From the NCBI GenBank assembly GCA_963666055.2, contig CAXWPH010000012.1, positions 96,001 to 160,000 on the forward strand: a stretch of DNA of 64,000 bases. Direction: 5' to 3'. Every line of letters begins with the position of its first letter. Position 1 is the stretch's first letter. Under the pieces are notes generated by a model, which saw nothing but the letters and a program-made list of their open reading frames with translations, had not been told where the DNA came from and searched no databases. Below are positions 30,509-39,424 of this stretch, piece by piece. The position numbers and the translations under genes are program-made. This DNA comes from Acidobacteriota bacterium. Lineage in GTDB: Bacteria > Acidobacteriota > UBA890 > WLXD01.

Positions 30509-31813
30509 ATGTCGGACGAACGCTTCGAGGTAGTGATCGTCGGGGCCGGCCCGGCCGGCGCTGCTGCAGCGCTGACGCTGGCGCGCAATGGTGTCGAAGT
30601 GCTCGTCCTCGAGCGTGGGGATTATCCGGGCGCCAAGAATCTGTTTGGCGGCATCTTGTATACCAGCGTAGTCAACGAGCTCATCCCAGAGTTCTGGAAC
30701 GACGCGCCGATCGAGCGACACATCATCAACCGCCGCTGGCTGGTGCTCGATGACGACACGCAGGTAGGCCTCGATCTGAAGAGCGCCAAGTTCGACGTCC
30801 CGCCTTACAACAACACGTTCACGGCGTTGCGCTCCAAATGGGACCGGTGGTTCGCCGACCAGGCCGAGCAAGCCGGGGCGATGATCATCTGCGAAACGAA
30901 CGTAGAGGATCTGATCGTCGATCGCGGCAGGGTTCGTGGTGTCCGCACCGGCCGGGATGACGGCGATGTCGAAGCAGATTGCGTCATCCTCGCCGAGGGC
31001 GCGAACGCTCTGCTGTCGGAGCGCGCCGGTTTCCGGCCGAAGATGAGCCCGACCAACCGGGTCAACGCCGTCAAAGAAGTAATCGCGTTGCCGCCGGAGA
31101 TCATCGAGGATCGATTCCATCTCGAGGGCAAACAGGGTGCCGCGATCGAGTACTTCGGCGGCGCGGTGAAAGGCACCGTTGGCTCGGCGTTCATATACAC
31201 CAATTACGACAGCCTCTCGGTCGGCGTCGGTAGCATCATCGCCGAGTACCTACGGCTGCGGCTCGCTCCCTACGAGATGCTCGATTCGTTCAAGGCGCAT
31301 CCGATGGTCAGACCGCTGCTGCGTGGCGGCGAGACGGTCGAATACGCCACCAAGATGATTCCTGAGGACTCGTATGACCACCTGTCCGATCTTTATGAGG
31401 ACGGGCTTCTACTCATCGGGGATTGTGCCGGCCTGGTGAATCCGTCGATTCATCATGAGGGCACGAACTTGGCGATGGCATCCGGCGTGGCAGCGGCGGA
31501 GGCGGTGCTCGAGGCACGTAAAAAAAACGACTTCTCGAAAGCGGCGCTGGCAACCTATCGCGAGCGTCTCGAGCACTCCTGGGTCATGAAGGACCTGAAG
31601 CGTTACCGCGACACGGTTCATTTCTTGCTGGAGAACCGAGAGTTCGTGAACGATTATCCGGACCTGACCGTGCGCCTGATCCGGCGCTACTTCACCATCG
31701 ACGACACGCCGAAGGACGACGTGATTCGAGAGCTCTGGCGGGTCATCCGCGACGAAGTCAGCTTCTTCAAGGCGGCGCGACAAATGTGGCGCGCCCGCAA
31801 AACCATGCTGTGA
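30509..31813 (+). CDS. fixC: FixC-family FAD-dependent ETF:quinone oxidoreductase
   Basis: GAGPAG, ERGDYPGAKN, LAEGAN, GDCAG, EGTNLAMASG. Confidence 0.9.
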   Translation: MSDERFEVVIVGAGPAGAAAALTLARNGVEVLVLERGDYPGAKNLFGGILYTSVVNELIPEFWNDAPIERHIINRRWLVLDDDTQVGLDLKSAKFDVPPYNNTFTALRSKWDRWFADQAEQAGAMIICETNVEDLIVDRGRVRGVRTGRDDGDVEADCVILAEGANALLSERAGFRPKMSPTNRVNAVKEVIALPPEIIEDRFHLEGKQGAAIEYFGGAVKGTVGSAFIYTNYDSLSVGVGSIIAEYLRLRLAPYEMLDSFKAHPMVRPLLRGGETVEYATKMIPEDSYDHLSDLYEDGLLLIGDCAGLVNPSIHHEGTNLAMASGVAAAEAVLEARKKNDFSKAALATYRERLEHSWVMKDLKRYRDTVHFLLENREFVNDYPDLTVRLIRRYFTIDDTPKDDVIRELWRVIRDEVSFFKAARQMWRARKTML

Positions 31814-31820
31814 GGTATTC

Positions 31821-32132
31821 ATGGCAATCGACGTTCGCGAGTACTTGACGCCCCACAAGTCGCTGTCGATGGCTCAGCGCCTCGACCTCGTAAAGCGGCG
31901 GTTCGCTGACGAGAGCCATATCCACGTAGATCAAGATGCGTTCCGTCAGGACTCCGACCAGGCGCTCCTGTTTATCTGCCCGGCCCAGGTATTCAAGCTC
32001 AACGCCGAAGACTCGAGCTGCATTGTCAACTACGAGGATTGCCTCGAGTGCGGCACCTGTCAGGTGGCGCGCCGCTACACGACGTGGAACAACCCGCAGG
32101 GCGGCTACGGGGTCACGTACCACTACGGTTGA
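31821..32132 (+). CDS. fixX: FixX-family ferredoxin
   Basis: CPA...CLECGTC...WNNPQGGYGVTYHYG directly after fixC. Confidence 0.9.
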   Translation: MAIDVREYLTPHKSLSMAQRLDLVKRRFADESHIHVDQDAFRQDSDQALLFICPAQVFKLNAEDSSCIVNYEDCLECGTCQVARRYTTWNNPQGGYGVTYHYG

Positions 32133-32166
32133 GCGGTGGTGTCCTTCATGGGCCGAGCGTGTCGTG

Positions 32167-32484
32167 CTAGCTGCGTCGAATGAAGACCCGCAGGAAGGTG
32201 TCTTCACGCACTAGGCCCAGGTACTCGTTGCCGGTGCTCATGCACCAGGCGGGCAGGTCCAACTCAACGCCGGCGTCGTCGGCTAGCAGCATGGCCGTCT
32301 GGCCGATGCACATCGCGCGGGCCGCCTCCTGTACGCGAATCACGGGCTCCGGGCAGAACGTGCCCCGCGCGTCTACCGCAACCTCGGCGACTTCGATCAG
32401 CGAGCGCAGCTGGTCGTCGGTGGCGCTACCGTTCACCTGCCGGCGAAACCGCGCCTTCCGACGGTACGGCGCGTGGCGCAGCAT
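32167..32484 (-). CDS. tusA: TusA-family sulfur carrier; start may be GTG 32436
   Basis: DARGTFCPEPV, ADD, DLPAWC. Confidence 0.85.
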   Translation of the reverse strand: MLRHAPYRRKARFRRQVNGSATDDQLRSLIEVAEVAVDARGTFCPEPVIRVQEAARAMCIGQTAMLLADDAGVELDLPAWCMSTGNEYLGLVREDTFLRVFIRRS

Positions 32485-32502
32485 GTTCAGCTCACCAACA
32501 TC

Positions 32503-33549
32503 TCAGATCCGTATCTCGTCGAGGAAACCATCCTCACGCACGGGCTCGACCAGCAAGCGCCCCGCATGATCGTCGAGGCGCCAGTGCACCGGTACCTCGT
32601 TCTCGGCACGACCAGCGCAGTATCTCGCAGTGATCTTGCAGGCGAGCTCGAGCTGCTCGGCCGACGGAGCCCCCTCGATGAGGGTTAGCGGTGAGCTGAA
32701 CTCCTCAACCCACACCGCTCCTCGCCCGACGCGGAACCGTTCGAGAAAGTCATTCTCCGCCTCGTGGCGTCCGACGATGATCTTGACGCCATCGCCAAGG
32801 CGAAAATGGCGGCCGACCTTGAGCAGCATCATGTCGTCCGGGTCGACTACGTTGCCACGGTCAATAAGCAGGTCACGAAGCTTACGTGCGAAGTTCTCGT
32901 CGGGTAGGAAGCAGCATCCGCCGGCCGGCTGCGGGTAGTCGACCAGGCCGAACTCGTCCGCCAAGCGCATCTGCTCGTGTCGCGAGCGGCCTGAGATCGC
33001 ATACAGATCGTCACGACGCACCCAATCCTTCTGCTCCGCAATCGTCGGCGACAACAGCTTCGCGGACAATGGGCGTAGCAGCAGTCCCTCGAGCTCCGTC
33101 TCCTGCTCGATCGCCTGCATCGACGGTCGCCGCTGACTCATCGGGCGCTGCCCGAGCACCTCGCCGGTGAAGATAAAGTCGTAGCCGCCTTCCTCCAGCA
33201 TCACCTTGGCACGCTTGAGCATGAAGATGCGGCAATCGATACACGGGTTCATTCCTGAGCCATAGCCATGCTTGGGATTCAGCACGACCTGCTGAAGGTA
33301 GTCGTCCTTGATATCGATGATCTCTACGGGGATTTGAAGTTGCCCGCCGGCATGGAGCGCATCGTTGCGGTACGGCTTGTTCCGGTTGTTCGCGTTGCCC
33401 ATGATGCGATGGCGATCGGCGACGCAGAATCCGGTCGAGAAGTGCAACCCGAGTACCTCAACACCGAGGCGCTGAAGGATGCTCGCGGCGAGCGTCGAGT
33501 CGAGTCCTCCGGACATCAGCCCGAGTGCACGGATGGGTCGCTGGCTCAT
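32503..33549 (-). CDS. tRNA thiouridine synthase-like PP-loop ATPase (ThiI/MnmA-like)
   Basis: SGGLDS PP-loop, NPCIDCR, TGEVLGQRPMSQ, PAGGC, VGRHFRL. Confidence 0.85.
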   Translation of the reverse strand: MSQRPIRALGLMSGGLDSTLAASILQRLGVEVLGLHFSTGFCVADRHRIMGNANNRNKPYRNDALHAGGQLQIPVEIIDIKDDYLQQVVLNPKHGYGSGMNPCIDCRIFMLKRAKVMLEEGGYDFIFTGEVLGQRPMSQRRPSMQAIEQETELEGLLLRPLSAKLLSPTIAEQKDWVRRDDLYAISGRSRHEQMRLADEFGLVDYPQPAGGCCFLPDENFARKLRDLLIDRGNVVDPDDMMLLKVGRHFRLGDGVKIIVGRHEAENDFLERFRVGRGAVWVEEFSSPLTLIEGAPSAEQLELACKITARYCAGRAENEVPVHWRLDDHAGRLLVEPVREDGFLDEIRI

Positions 33550-33700
33550 CGTTCGCGAAAGCTCGTGGGCGCCTGTTCGTGGATGCGGTCGAGGCACGCT
33601 CGACCGGCTCGTAGCGGTCTACGGCCGTGCGGTGGCGGGCGACGCGTAGCGAGCCAAGTGTAGCATAGCGGTCTGCTCACAGAGGCTCTTCGCCAGCCTC

Positions 33701-34297
33701 CTATGGCGCCGCGACCTTAGCTCCGTGCCCCCAGTCCAGGAACGGGATCCACTCGTCGTACGGAGCGATCGCGGGCAGCAGCGAGGTCGCCGGGTGCCAG
33801 GCCGGCTGCCGAGGTTCACGGAGCAGTTCCATGCCGGCTTCCTCCGGACTTCGATTGGCTTTCCGGGCGTTGCATCGGAAGCACGAGACGACGATGTTGC
33901 GCCACGTGGTGCGGCCACCGCGCGACCGTGGGTGGATATGATCCAGCGTCAGTTGCGAGGGCCGTGTGACGCGGCCGCAATACTGACACTGGTTGTGGTC
34001 GCGCAGGTACACGTTGGCGCGGGTGAACTTCACCCGTGGGCGAGGCACCCGGTCGTACTCGAGCAGCTGAATGATGCGCGGCACGACGACGCGCAACGAC
34101 GGTCCCGAAATGCAGTTGGCCAGATCCTCGGACGCTAGCACGGAGGCCTCCGTCCAACTCTCCCAGGTGTAGGTAGCGAAGTCGTCGGCGACGACCTTCC
34201 CTCGCCCCACGTAGAGCAGCGTGATTGCACGTCGCGCGTTGACCACGTTGACCACCTGCCAAAGGCGGTTCAGAACGAGGACGCTGGCGTTCAACAC
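33701..34297 (-). CDS. HNH endonuclease (McrA-like)
   Basis: VLVLN N-terminus, RDHNQCQYCG, TLDHIHPRSRGG, CFRCNARK. Confidence 0.92.
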   Translation of the reverse strand: MLNASVLVLNRLWQVVNVVNARRAITLLYVGRGKVVADDFATYTWESWTEASVLASEDLANCISGPSLRVVVPRIIQLLEYDRVPRPRVKFTRANVYLRDHNQCQYCGRVTRPSQLTLDHIHPRSRGGRTTWRNIVVSCFRCNARKANRSPEEAGMELLREPRQPAWHPATSLLPAIAPYDEWIPFLDWGHGAKVAAP

Positions 34298-34344
34298 ATC
34301 TTGCTCCCGGCTGCGAGGCGGTCGCGAAAACAGACCATCTACAT

Positions 34345-34405
34345 TAGCAGGCGTGGCCGGGCGGTGGCCTGCCTAGCAGGCCACACTTCCACCACGGCCT
34401 GCTAG
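34345..34405. repeat. Solo terminal repeat of the 9141 element plus nested hairpins
   Basis: Reverse complement of 34381-34405 is CTAGCAGGCCGTGGTGGAAGTGTGG (24/25 to 9141-9165); hairpins GTGGCCTGC-CTA-GCAGGCCAC and CTAGCAGGCC-N13-GGCCTGCTAG. Confidence 0.75.
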
Positions 34406-35586
34406 CGCTGTTCCACGACGCCGTGCTCTCTGAGGATGTCGAGCGTCCTCTGTAAAGGCAGCGCCTCTATGGTGCCTCGAGCGCCGACGGTGGTACGCGC
34501 CTGAAACAGGCTGTTGTAGATCGATTCCTCGGTGGCCTCGATGGCAGCCAAGAACAGCGGCGATAGGCGCTCGGCGGCCAGCGGGGTGGTGCGTCGGCGC
34601 GCCTCGCCATCCGGTCCGGAGCGCAGTCCGGAATGAGTCGAGAAGGCGATTACATAGTCGCCGCTACCGTTCGATCCCGACGCCCCGGTGCGCGCCATGC
34701 CCATGAAAGCACGCAGCGCCAGGCGTTCAAGATTGGCGGCATCTACCGGTGCGTCGGTAGCGATCACGATCATGCAGGATCCGTCGGCTGCGTCGCTCTC
34801 ATCGGCCGAACCCGTCAACATATCGCGCAGGTAGTAGCGTCCGAGCTCCACGCCGACCGGTGCTCCGGCGATAGTGAGCACGCCTCCGAAGTTCGTCTGC
34901 ACCAGGGCACCGACTGTCCAGCCACCCACACGCTCAGGTAGTCGCCTCGATGAGGTGCCGATGCCGCCCTTGAACCCAAACGCGATCGTCCCGCTTCCCG
35001 CTCCCACGTTGCCCTCCACAACGGCGCCGGAACTGGCGGACTCGATCGCCTCGCGTACATGCTCAGGCCGGATCGGGCGGGCGCGAATGTCGCTCAGGTA
35101 GCCGTCGTTAGTCTCGCCCACGACCGGATTGATTGAGCGAACATCCTCGTTGCCCGGTAGGCCGAGCATGTACGAGATCAACCCGTCTGCGGCGCGCGGA
35201 ACACTGAGCGTACCGGTGAGCAGGATGGGCGTCTCGATGGTTCCGAGCTCGCGAATCTGGCTGATGCCGATCAACTTCCCGAAGCCGTTGGCCACGAAGA
35301 CCGCACCGGGGACCTTGTCGCGGAAGACGTTCCCGGAATGGGGCAGAATCGCCGTCACCCCGGTGTTGGTGGTGGGCGGTACAACGATCGTGACGTGGCC
35401 AACCAGGACGCCGGCCACGTCGGTAATGGCGTTCAGCGGCCCAGGAGCAAGAACGCCTGGCGCAATCCCGAAGACGCGAGCGCGGCCGCGCCTCTCCGGG
35501 GCTTGCGGCGCCGCGGCCAGAGCAGTCGCCGTGAGCAGAATGAGCGCAATGCTTGCCGCAATACGCGGGCACCAGAAGGTCCTCAC
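34402..35586 (-). CDS. P1 family (DmpA-like) aminopeptidase with signal peptide
   Basis: NAITDVAGVLVGH, NGFGK, PVVGETNDG, FKGGIGTSSR, SNGSGD autoprocessing site. Confidence 0.92.
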   Translation of the reverse strand: MRTFWCPRIAASIALILLTATALAAAPQAPERRGRARVFGIAPGVLAPGPLNAITDVAGVLVGHVTIVVPPTTNTGVTAILPHSGNVFRDKVPGAVFVANGFGKLIGISQIRELGTIETPILLTGTLSVPRAADGLISYMLGLPGNEDVRSINPVVGETNDGYLSDIRARPIRPEHVREAIESASSGAVVEGNVGAGSGTIAFGFKGGIGTSSRRLPERVGGWTVGALVQTNFGGVLTIAGAPVGVELGRYYLRDMLTGSADESDAADGSCMIVIATDAPVDAANLERLALRAFMGMARTGASGSNGSGDYVIAFSTHSGLRSGPDGEARRRTTPLAAERLSPLFLAAIEATEESIYNSLFQARTTVGARGTIEALPLQRTLDILREHGVVEQR

Positions 35587-36233
35587 TCCACGCCTCCGTC
35601 AGCGCCGAAGACAGCTCGACGCAAATCCTCGACTGCGAAGCTCTCCATGCCACGCTGCCGGCGCTCTTCTTCGAGGCGTTCCATGCGCGCCAGCAGTTCG
35701 TCGACGCACGGCCGCTTCTCTGGATGCCGCAGTGCCTCCAGCGGGCTCATCCCTCCGAGACGCGAGTGGGGTTGCTGCGCCCAGCGCGCCGCGAACGAAG
35801 CGTAGAACTCGGCCAATACGCGCGCCTCGTGCTCGGCGCTCCACGTTTCCGGTCGGTCTGCGGAGTGCTGTCGCCGGCCCGGCACGAAGCGCGACAAGTC
35901 GTCGCGCGCGGCGACCCGAGCCCGAGCGTACGGTCGCAATCGCTGATCCAGCACACGCCAACCGCGGCCCACCGACCCCGCAGTCGCTCCTTCCAGCACC
36001 AGCCGGGCGGGACGCAGACGGATCAGGAAGGCGTCGTAGCTACTATCGCCATCGTCCGGCTCGCCGTGCCACCAATACCAACGGTCGGCGGCAGCGTCAC
36101 CTGACGGCTCCGACAACTCCTGCGCTCCCAGGCTGAGCAGGCGTTCATGCGTCGCCGCGCTGTCGGTAACCTCGAAAAACGCCTTGCAGAAACGAAGGCT
36201 CGAGCGTTGCGGCATCGTCTGCGGGACGTTCAT
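35583..36233 (-). CDS. Hypothetical protein with a C-terminal Xre/MbcA/ParS-antitoxin-like motif
   Basis: WAQQPHSRLGGMSPLEA fits the W-xx(x)-P-xxx-LGG-xx-P pattern; GTGA overlap with the DmpA gene. Confidence 0.55.
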   Translation of the reverse strand: MNVPQTMPQRSSLRFCKAFFEVTDSAATHERLLSLGAQELSEPSGDAAADRWYWWHGEPDDGDSSYDAFLIRLRPARLVLEGATAGSVGRGWRVLDQRLRPYARARVAARDDLSRFVPGRRQHSADRPETWSAEHEARVLAEFYASFAARWAQQPHSRLGGMSPLEALRHPEKRPCVDELLARMERLEEERRQRGMESFAVEDLRRAVFGADGGVE

Positions 36234-36264
36234 GCGGCGGATTATACGCACTTCCGTCTCGTTC

Positions 36265-36431
36265 CATTGATATAGTTATCGTATTAAAATCGTATTAACG
36301 ATTATCTACAGTTTTTCCACAGCTCCGCCAGCCTGGTGTTTCCTCCTCTGTTATGCCGAAAGCCCCTGTACACAGGCGCCTCACCCTCGCCGCGGCGCAA
36401 GATGTGCTGCTCCTACCACGGATTATCCACA
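36265..36431. promoter_or_regulatory. AT-rich tract with a DnaA-box cluster (candidate replication origin or DnaA-binding region)
   Basis: TTATCTACA 36302-36310, TTTTCCACA 36313-36321, perfect TTATCCACA 36423-36431; tandem ATCGTATTAA at 36278 and 36289. Confidence 0.55.
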
Positions 36432-36524
36432 GCAACCCCTGACGGCAAGGTGCACGACGATGACATTCGTAGAAGGTAGCGCAGGTGTAGTCACTTCTTC
36501 GGGGGACCGAGACGGGATGGAGCG

Positions 36525-37085
36525 TTGAGCGAGCCACGCGATCCAGCTTCGACACCGGCACCTGGCGCCGAGAGCGAGTCCGCAGAGGCCGGCCAGCACG
36601 CCGGCGGCGACCTATCCGACGAAGTAGATCGCGTCCTCTCATTGATTGCCATCGTGGAGAAACGGGTCCCCGAGGCCTATCGGGTCGAAATTGTCCGGGT
36701 TCTCCTCCCCCGCGCGATTGGAAAGTCGGAACGTGAGCTGGGGACGACGGTGCCCCCGCACGCTGAGGCCGGCACCTCGCGATTGCGGCTGGCACGGTAC
36801 GTGCCGGTTCTGGCGGCGTCTGGAAAGATGCTTCTAAAGGCGCTGGTCGCCCTCGAGGCCACGAGCTTGCAGCTGGGGATCGAATGGATGACCCCGAGCG
36901 AGATCGAGCGCTTCCTGGCGGAGCGTGGCCGCGTGCGGTCCGTCTACCGTACAAACGTGAGCAACGCGCTACGTGCGGCGCGAGATCTAGTCGACCGAAG
37001 GCGCCGTGGTCGCGCCTACGAGTACCGGATCACCGAACGCGGACGCGCTGCGCTTGACCGTGACCTCGCAATTGCCGGGTCCTAG
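36525..37085 (+). CDS. Hypothetical protein with a C-terminal winged-helix-like DNA-binding domain
   Basis: MTPSEIERFL...TNVSNAL...RRRGRAYEYRITERG helix-turn-helix plus wing pattern; GGAG upstream of the TTG. Confidence 0.65.
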   Translation: MSEPRDPASTPAPGAESESAEAGQHAGGDLSDEVDRVLSLIAIVEKRVPEAYRVEIVRVLLPRAIGKSERELGTTVPPHAEAGTSRLRLARYVPVLAASGKMLLKALVALEATSLQLGIEWMTPSEIERFLAERGRVRSVYRTNVSNALRAARDLVDRRRRGRAYEYRITERGRAALDRDLAIAGS

Positions 37086-37372
37086 GAGCACCGCTGCCCC
37101 AACGCGTTGGACCAAGCAGGCATCCAGCCGGTGCCGCGATCGACCCCGGCCAGACAAACGGCGCCACCTCGATACCCTGGGCGTGCCACCGGCCGGATGC
37201 CGGGCCGCCTTGGAGAAGAAGGACCTGATCGGGTGGCGCGCAGAGATCGCGGCGGCGCGTACGGTCGTCCGCTACACACTGAGCTTGACGGTGGCTCCCC
37301 TGATCCCGGATGCCAGCAAACATCTCACCCCCCAGCCGTGCAAAGGAAGCGGGCTGCCTCCGCAACGAGCTC

Positions 37373-37396
37373 CGAATGTCGGCGCGCCGACATTCG
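37373..37396. promoter_or_regulatory. Perfect 24-bp loopless palindrome CGAATGTCGGCGCGCCGACATTCG (candidate non-canonical parS)
   Basis: Exact self-complement, intergenic, about 130 bp downstream of the parB stop; 16-bp core TGTCGGCGCGCCGACA. Confidence 0.55.
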
Positions 37397-37528
37397 CTGA
37401 GATGTTACTTCAGGTTGAAGTCGTCCGGCCGAGGCAGCGTGTTGCACCGGGGCGATTCAGACCGACGCGGCCTCCGCGATCCGGGGCACCGCCGATTTGT
37501 ATCGCGCGACGAAGGAGAGCGCTCGTGC

Positions 37529-38392
37529 CTAACTTGCGGGGATGCCGTTGGATCTCAGGCTGCGGATCGCCTCGAGCAGGGAGCGCTCGACGTCGGCTAG
37601 CGAGACCTCGTCGTTTCCCAGGAACACGGTCACGGTCACTCCTCCCTTGGACCGGAAGGTGATCCGTCGAGGCGGCCGCCGTTTCGTAGTGCTGGCCGTC
37701 TCTTCGGCTGCCGCTGCTTTTTGTGCGGCCCGCCGCATCTTGCGAAGATCATCTCGCGTCAGGCCCTCGCTGATGACGCGCTGTGCGAGCGTTGCCATTT
37801 CCTCAACCGTGTCGCAACGGCAGATCTCGAGCAGCAGTGACTTACCACGGATCCTTGCCTCCTCCAGCTGCGCGCGAACCTCGCGTGGCATGGCCAGCAG
37901 GCTTAGAGACTCGGTGACGCTCGAACGCGACTTGCTGATCCGCTCCGCGACATCGTCGTGGGTGAATCCGAACTGGTCGATGAGCGCCTGCAGCGCTTCA
38001 GACTCCTCGAAAGCTGATAGATCCTGGCGCTGCAGGTTCTCGATCAGCGCGATTTCGAGCGCGCGCGCGTCATCAACATCGAGGACTATGCAGGGAACCT
38101 CCTCGAGCTGAGCAGCGCGGGCCGCCCGGTAGCGACGCTCGCCCGATACAATCTCGTAGCCACTTGCGGCTCGTCGGACCAGCAATGGCTCCAGTATGCC
38201 GACGCGCTGAATGGAGGCAACGAGTTCCTCGAGTCGCTCAAACGTTTGCCGCGGCTGGTTAGGGTTAGGCCGTATCAAGTCCAATGCCAGGAATTGCCCA
38301 ATCGCACGGGTATGCTCGGCCGCCAACTCCTCTACAAAATGAGCGTCATGCCGCATTCGTGTCTTGACCGGCAGCCCAAGTCGCTTAGACAC
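37529..38392 (-). CDS. parB: ParB/Spo0J family partition CTPase
   Basis: PNPNQPR, GILEPLLVR, SGERRYRAA, ENLQRQDL, HTH; GTG start overlapping the parA end. Confidence 0.92.
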   Translation of the reverse strand: MSKRLGLPVKTRMRHDAHFVEELAAEHTRAIGQFLALDLIRPNPNQPRQTFERLEELVASIQRVGILEPLLVRRAASGYEIVSGERRYRAARAAQLEEVPCIVLDVDDARALEIALIENLQRQDLSAFEESEALQALIDQFGFTHDDVAERISKSRSSVTESLSLLAMPREVRAQLEEARIRGKSLLLEICRCDTVEEMATLAQRVISEGLTRDDLRKMRRAAQKAAAAEETASTTKRRPPRRITFRSKGGVTVTVFLGNDEVSLADVERSLLEAIRSLRSNGIPAS

Positions 38393-39140
38393 GCGCCAAT
38401 ACCTCCTCTCCAAGCTTCGCGTATTGTTCCGCGCCCGTCGACGACGGCGCATGTGTGAAGATCGCTTCTTTGTATGCAGGGCTCTCTTCCAGCCTTACAT
38501 TTCGGCTGATCACCGTATCGAACACCTTGTCACCAAAGACGCGCCGCACCTGCTCGACAATATCACGTCCCAGAACCGTGCGGCGATCGAGCATCGTGAT
38601 CAACACTCCGAGCAGCTCCAATTTCGGGTTTACTCGCTGCCGGACGCGCTGCACCGTGTCGAGCAAGTCGTCTGTGCCTTCCATCGCCAGATACGACGAC
38701 TGTATGGGAATAAGCACGTGCGAAGACGCAACAAGCGCGTTAATCGTGAGCAATCCTAGTGTCGGAGGCGTATCAATGATCACGAAACGATAAGTATCGT
38801 TAATAGTAGCCAGTTGGTCGCGCAGTCGATAGTGACCATCAAACTCGCCCGATAGCTTGATCTCGAGCTTGGCCAGCGAAATTCGAGCCGGAGCCACGTC
38901 GAGATTTTCGAGCTGCGTCGAGCAGACGATTCGTTCGAGGCCGAGGCTTGTCTCCATCAGAGCGTCGTAAATCGTCAACTCGAACTCACTCGGGTCGACG
39001 TAGGAAATCGTGCTGTGTCCCTGCGGGTCCAAGTCGACGAGCAACGTGCGGTGCCCTTTTAGCGCCAGTGCCGCCGCCAGGTTCACCGCGGTCGTGGTCT
39101 TTCCCACGCCACCTTTCTGGTTCGCCACGGAGACGATCAT
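38385..39140 (-). CDS. parA: ParA/Soj family ATPase
   Basis: ANQKGGVGKTT, DLDPQG, IDTPP, RNVRLEESP. Confidence 0.95.
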   Translation of the reverse strand: MIVSVANQKGGVGKTTTAVNLAAALALKGHRTLLVDLDPQGHSTISYVDPSEFELTIYDALMETSLGLERIVCSTQLENLDVAPARISLAKLEIKLSGEFDGHYRLRDQLATINDTYRFVIIDTPPTLGLLTINALVASSHVLIPIQSSYLAMEGTDDLLDTVQRVRQRVNPKLELLGVLITMLDRRTVLGRDIVEQVRRVFGDKVFDTVISRNVRLEESPAYKEAIFTHAPSSTGAEQYAKLGEEVLARV

Positions 39141-39424
39141 CGTCGGGCGACCGGCTTTCTTTGTCTTACGGCCGTTCCCAGATACCACCCTGAGCAAGTC
39201 CTTCCGCGCCGGCGCCGGCACCCGCCCTCGCCCCCGACGAGGCCATCCCGAGGCGACTGCTTTCCCGGCTGCCAGGGTTCTATGCCCGCCCACCATGCGC
39301 CTCGCTCGCCTCAACTCGTGCGCGGCGCATCCCCCGAACGGCTGCGAACCCGTCGTTGTCCGCGGGACGACCCATCATGCAGGAGGACCCCAGAGAGCGC
39401 AACCGAATGTGGCCGTGAAGACGC

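Noticed and set aside
33701-34405. HNH nuclease next to hairpin repeats as a possible RNA-guided or mobile nuclease system
   Set aside because: The protein is an ordinary stand-alone McrA-like HNH with no RuvC; the repeats belong to the dispersed MITE-like family and form no spacer array
39141-39424. 285-nt gap upstream of parA as an ncRNA or long ParA extension
   Set aside because: No recognisable RNA motif; the extended ORF is low-complexity Arg-rich sequence; cannot be supported without a covariance search
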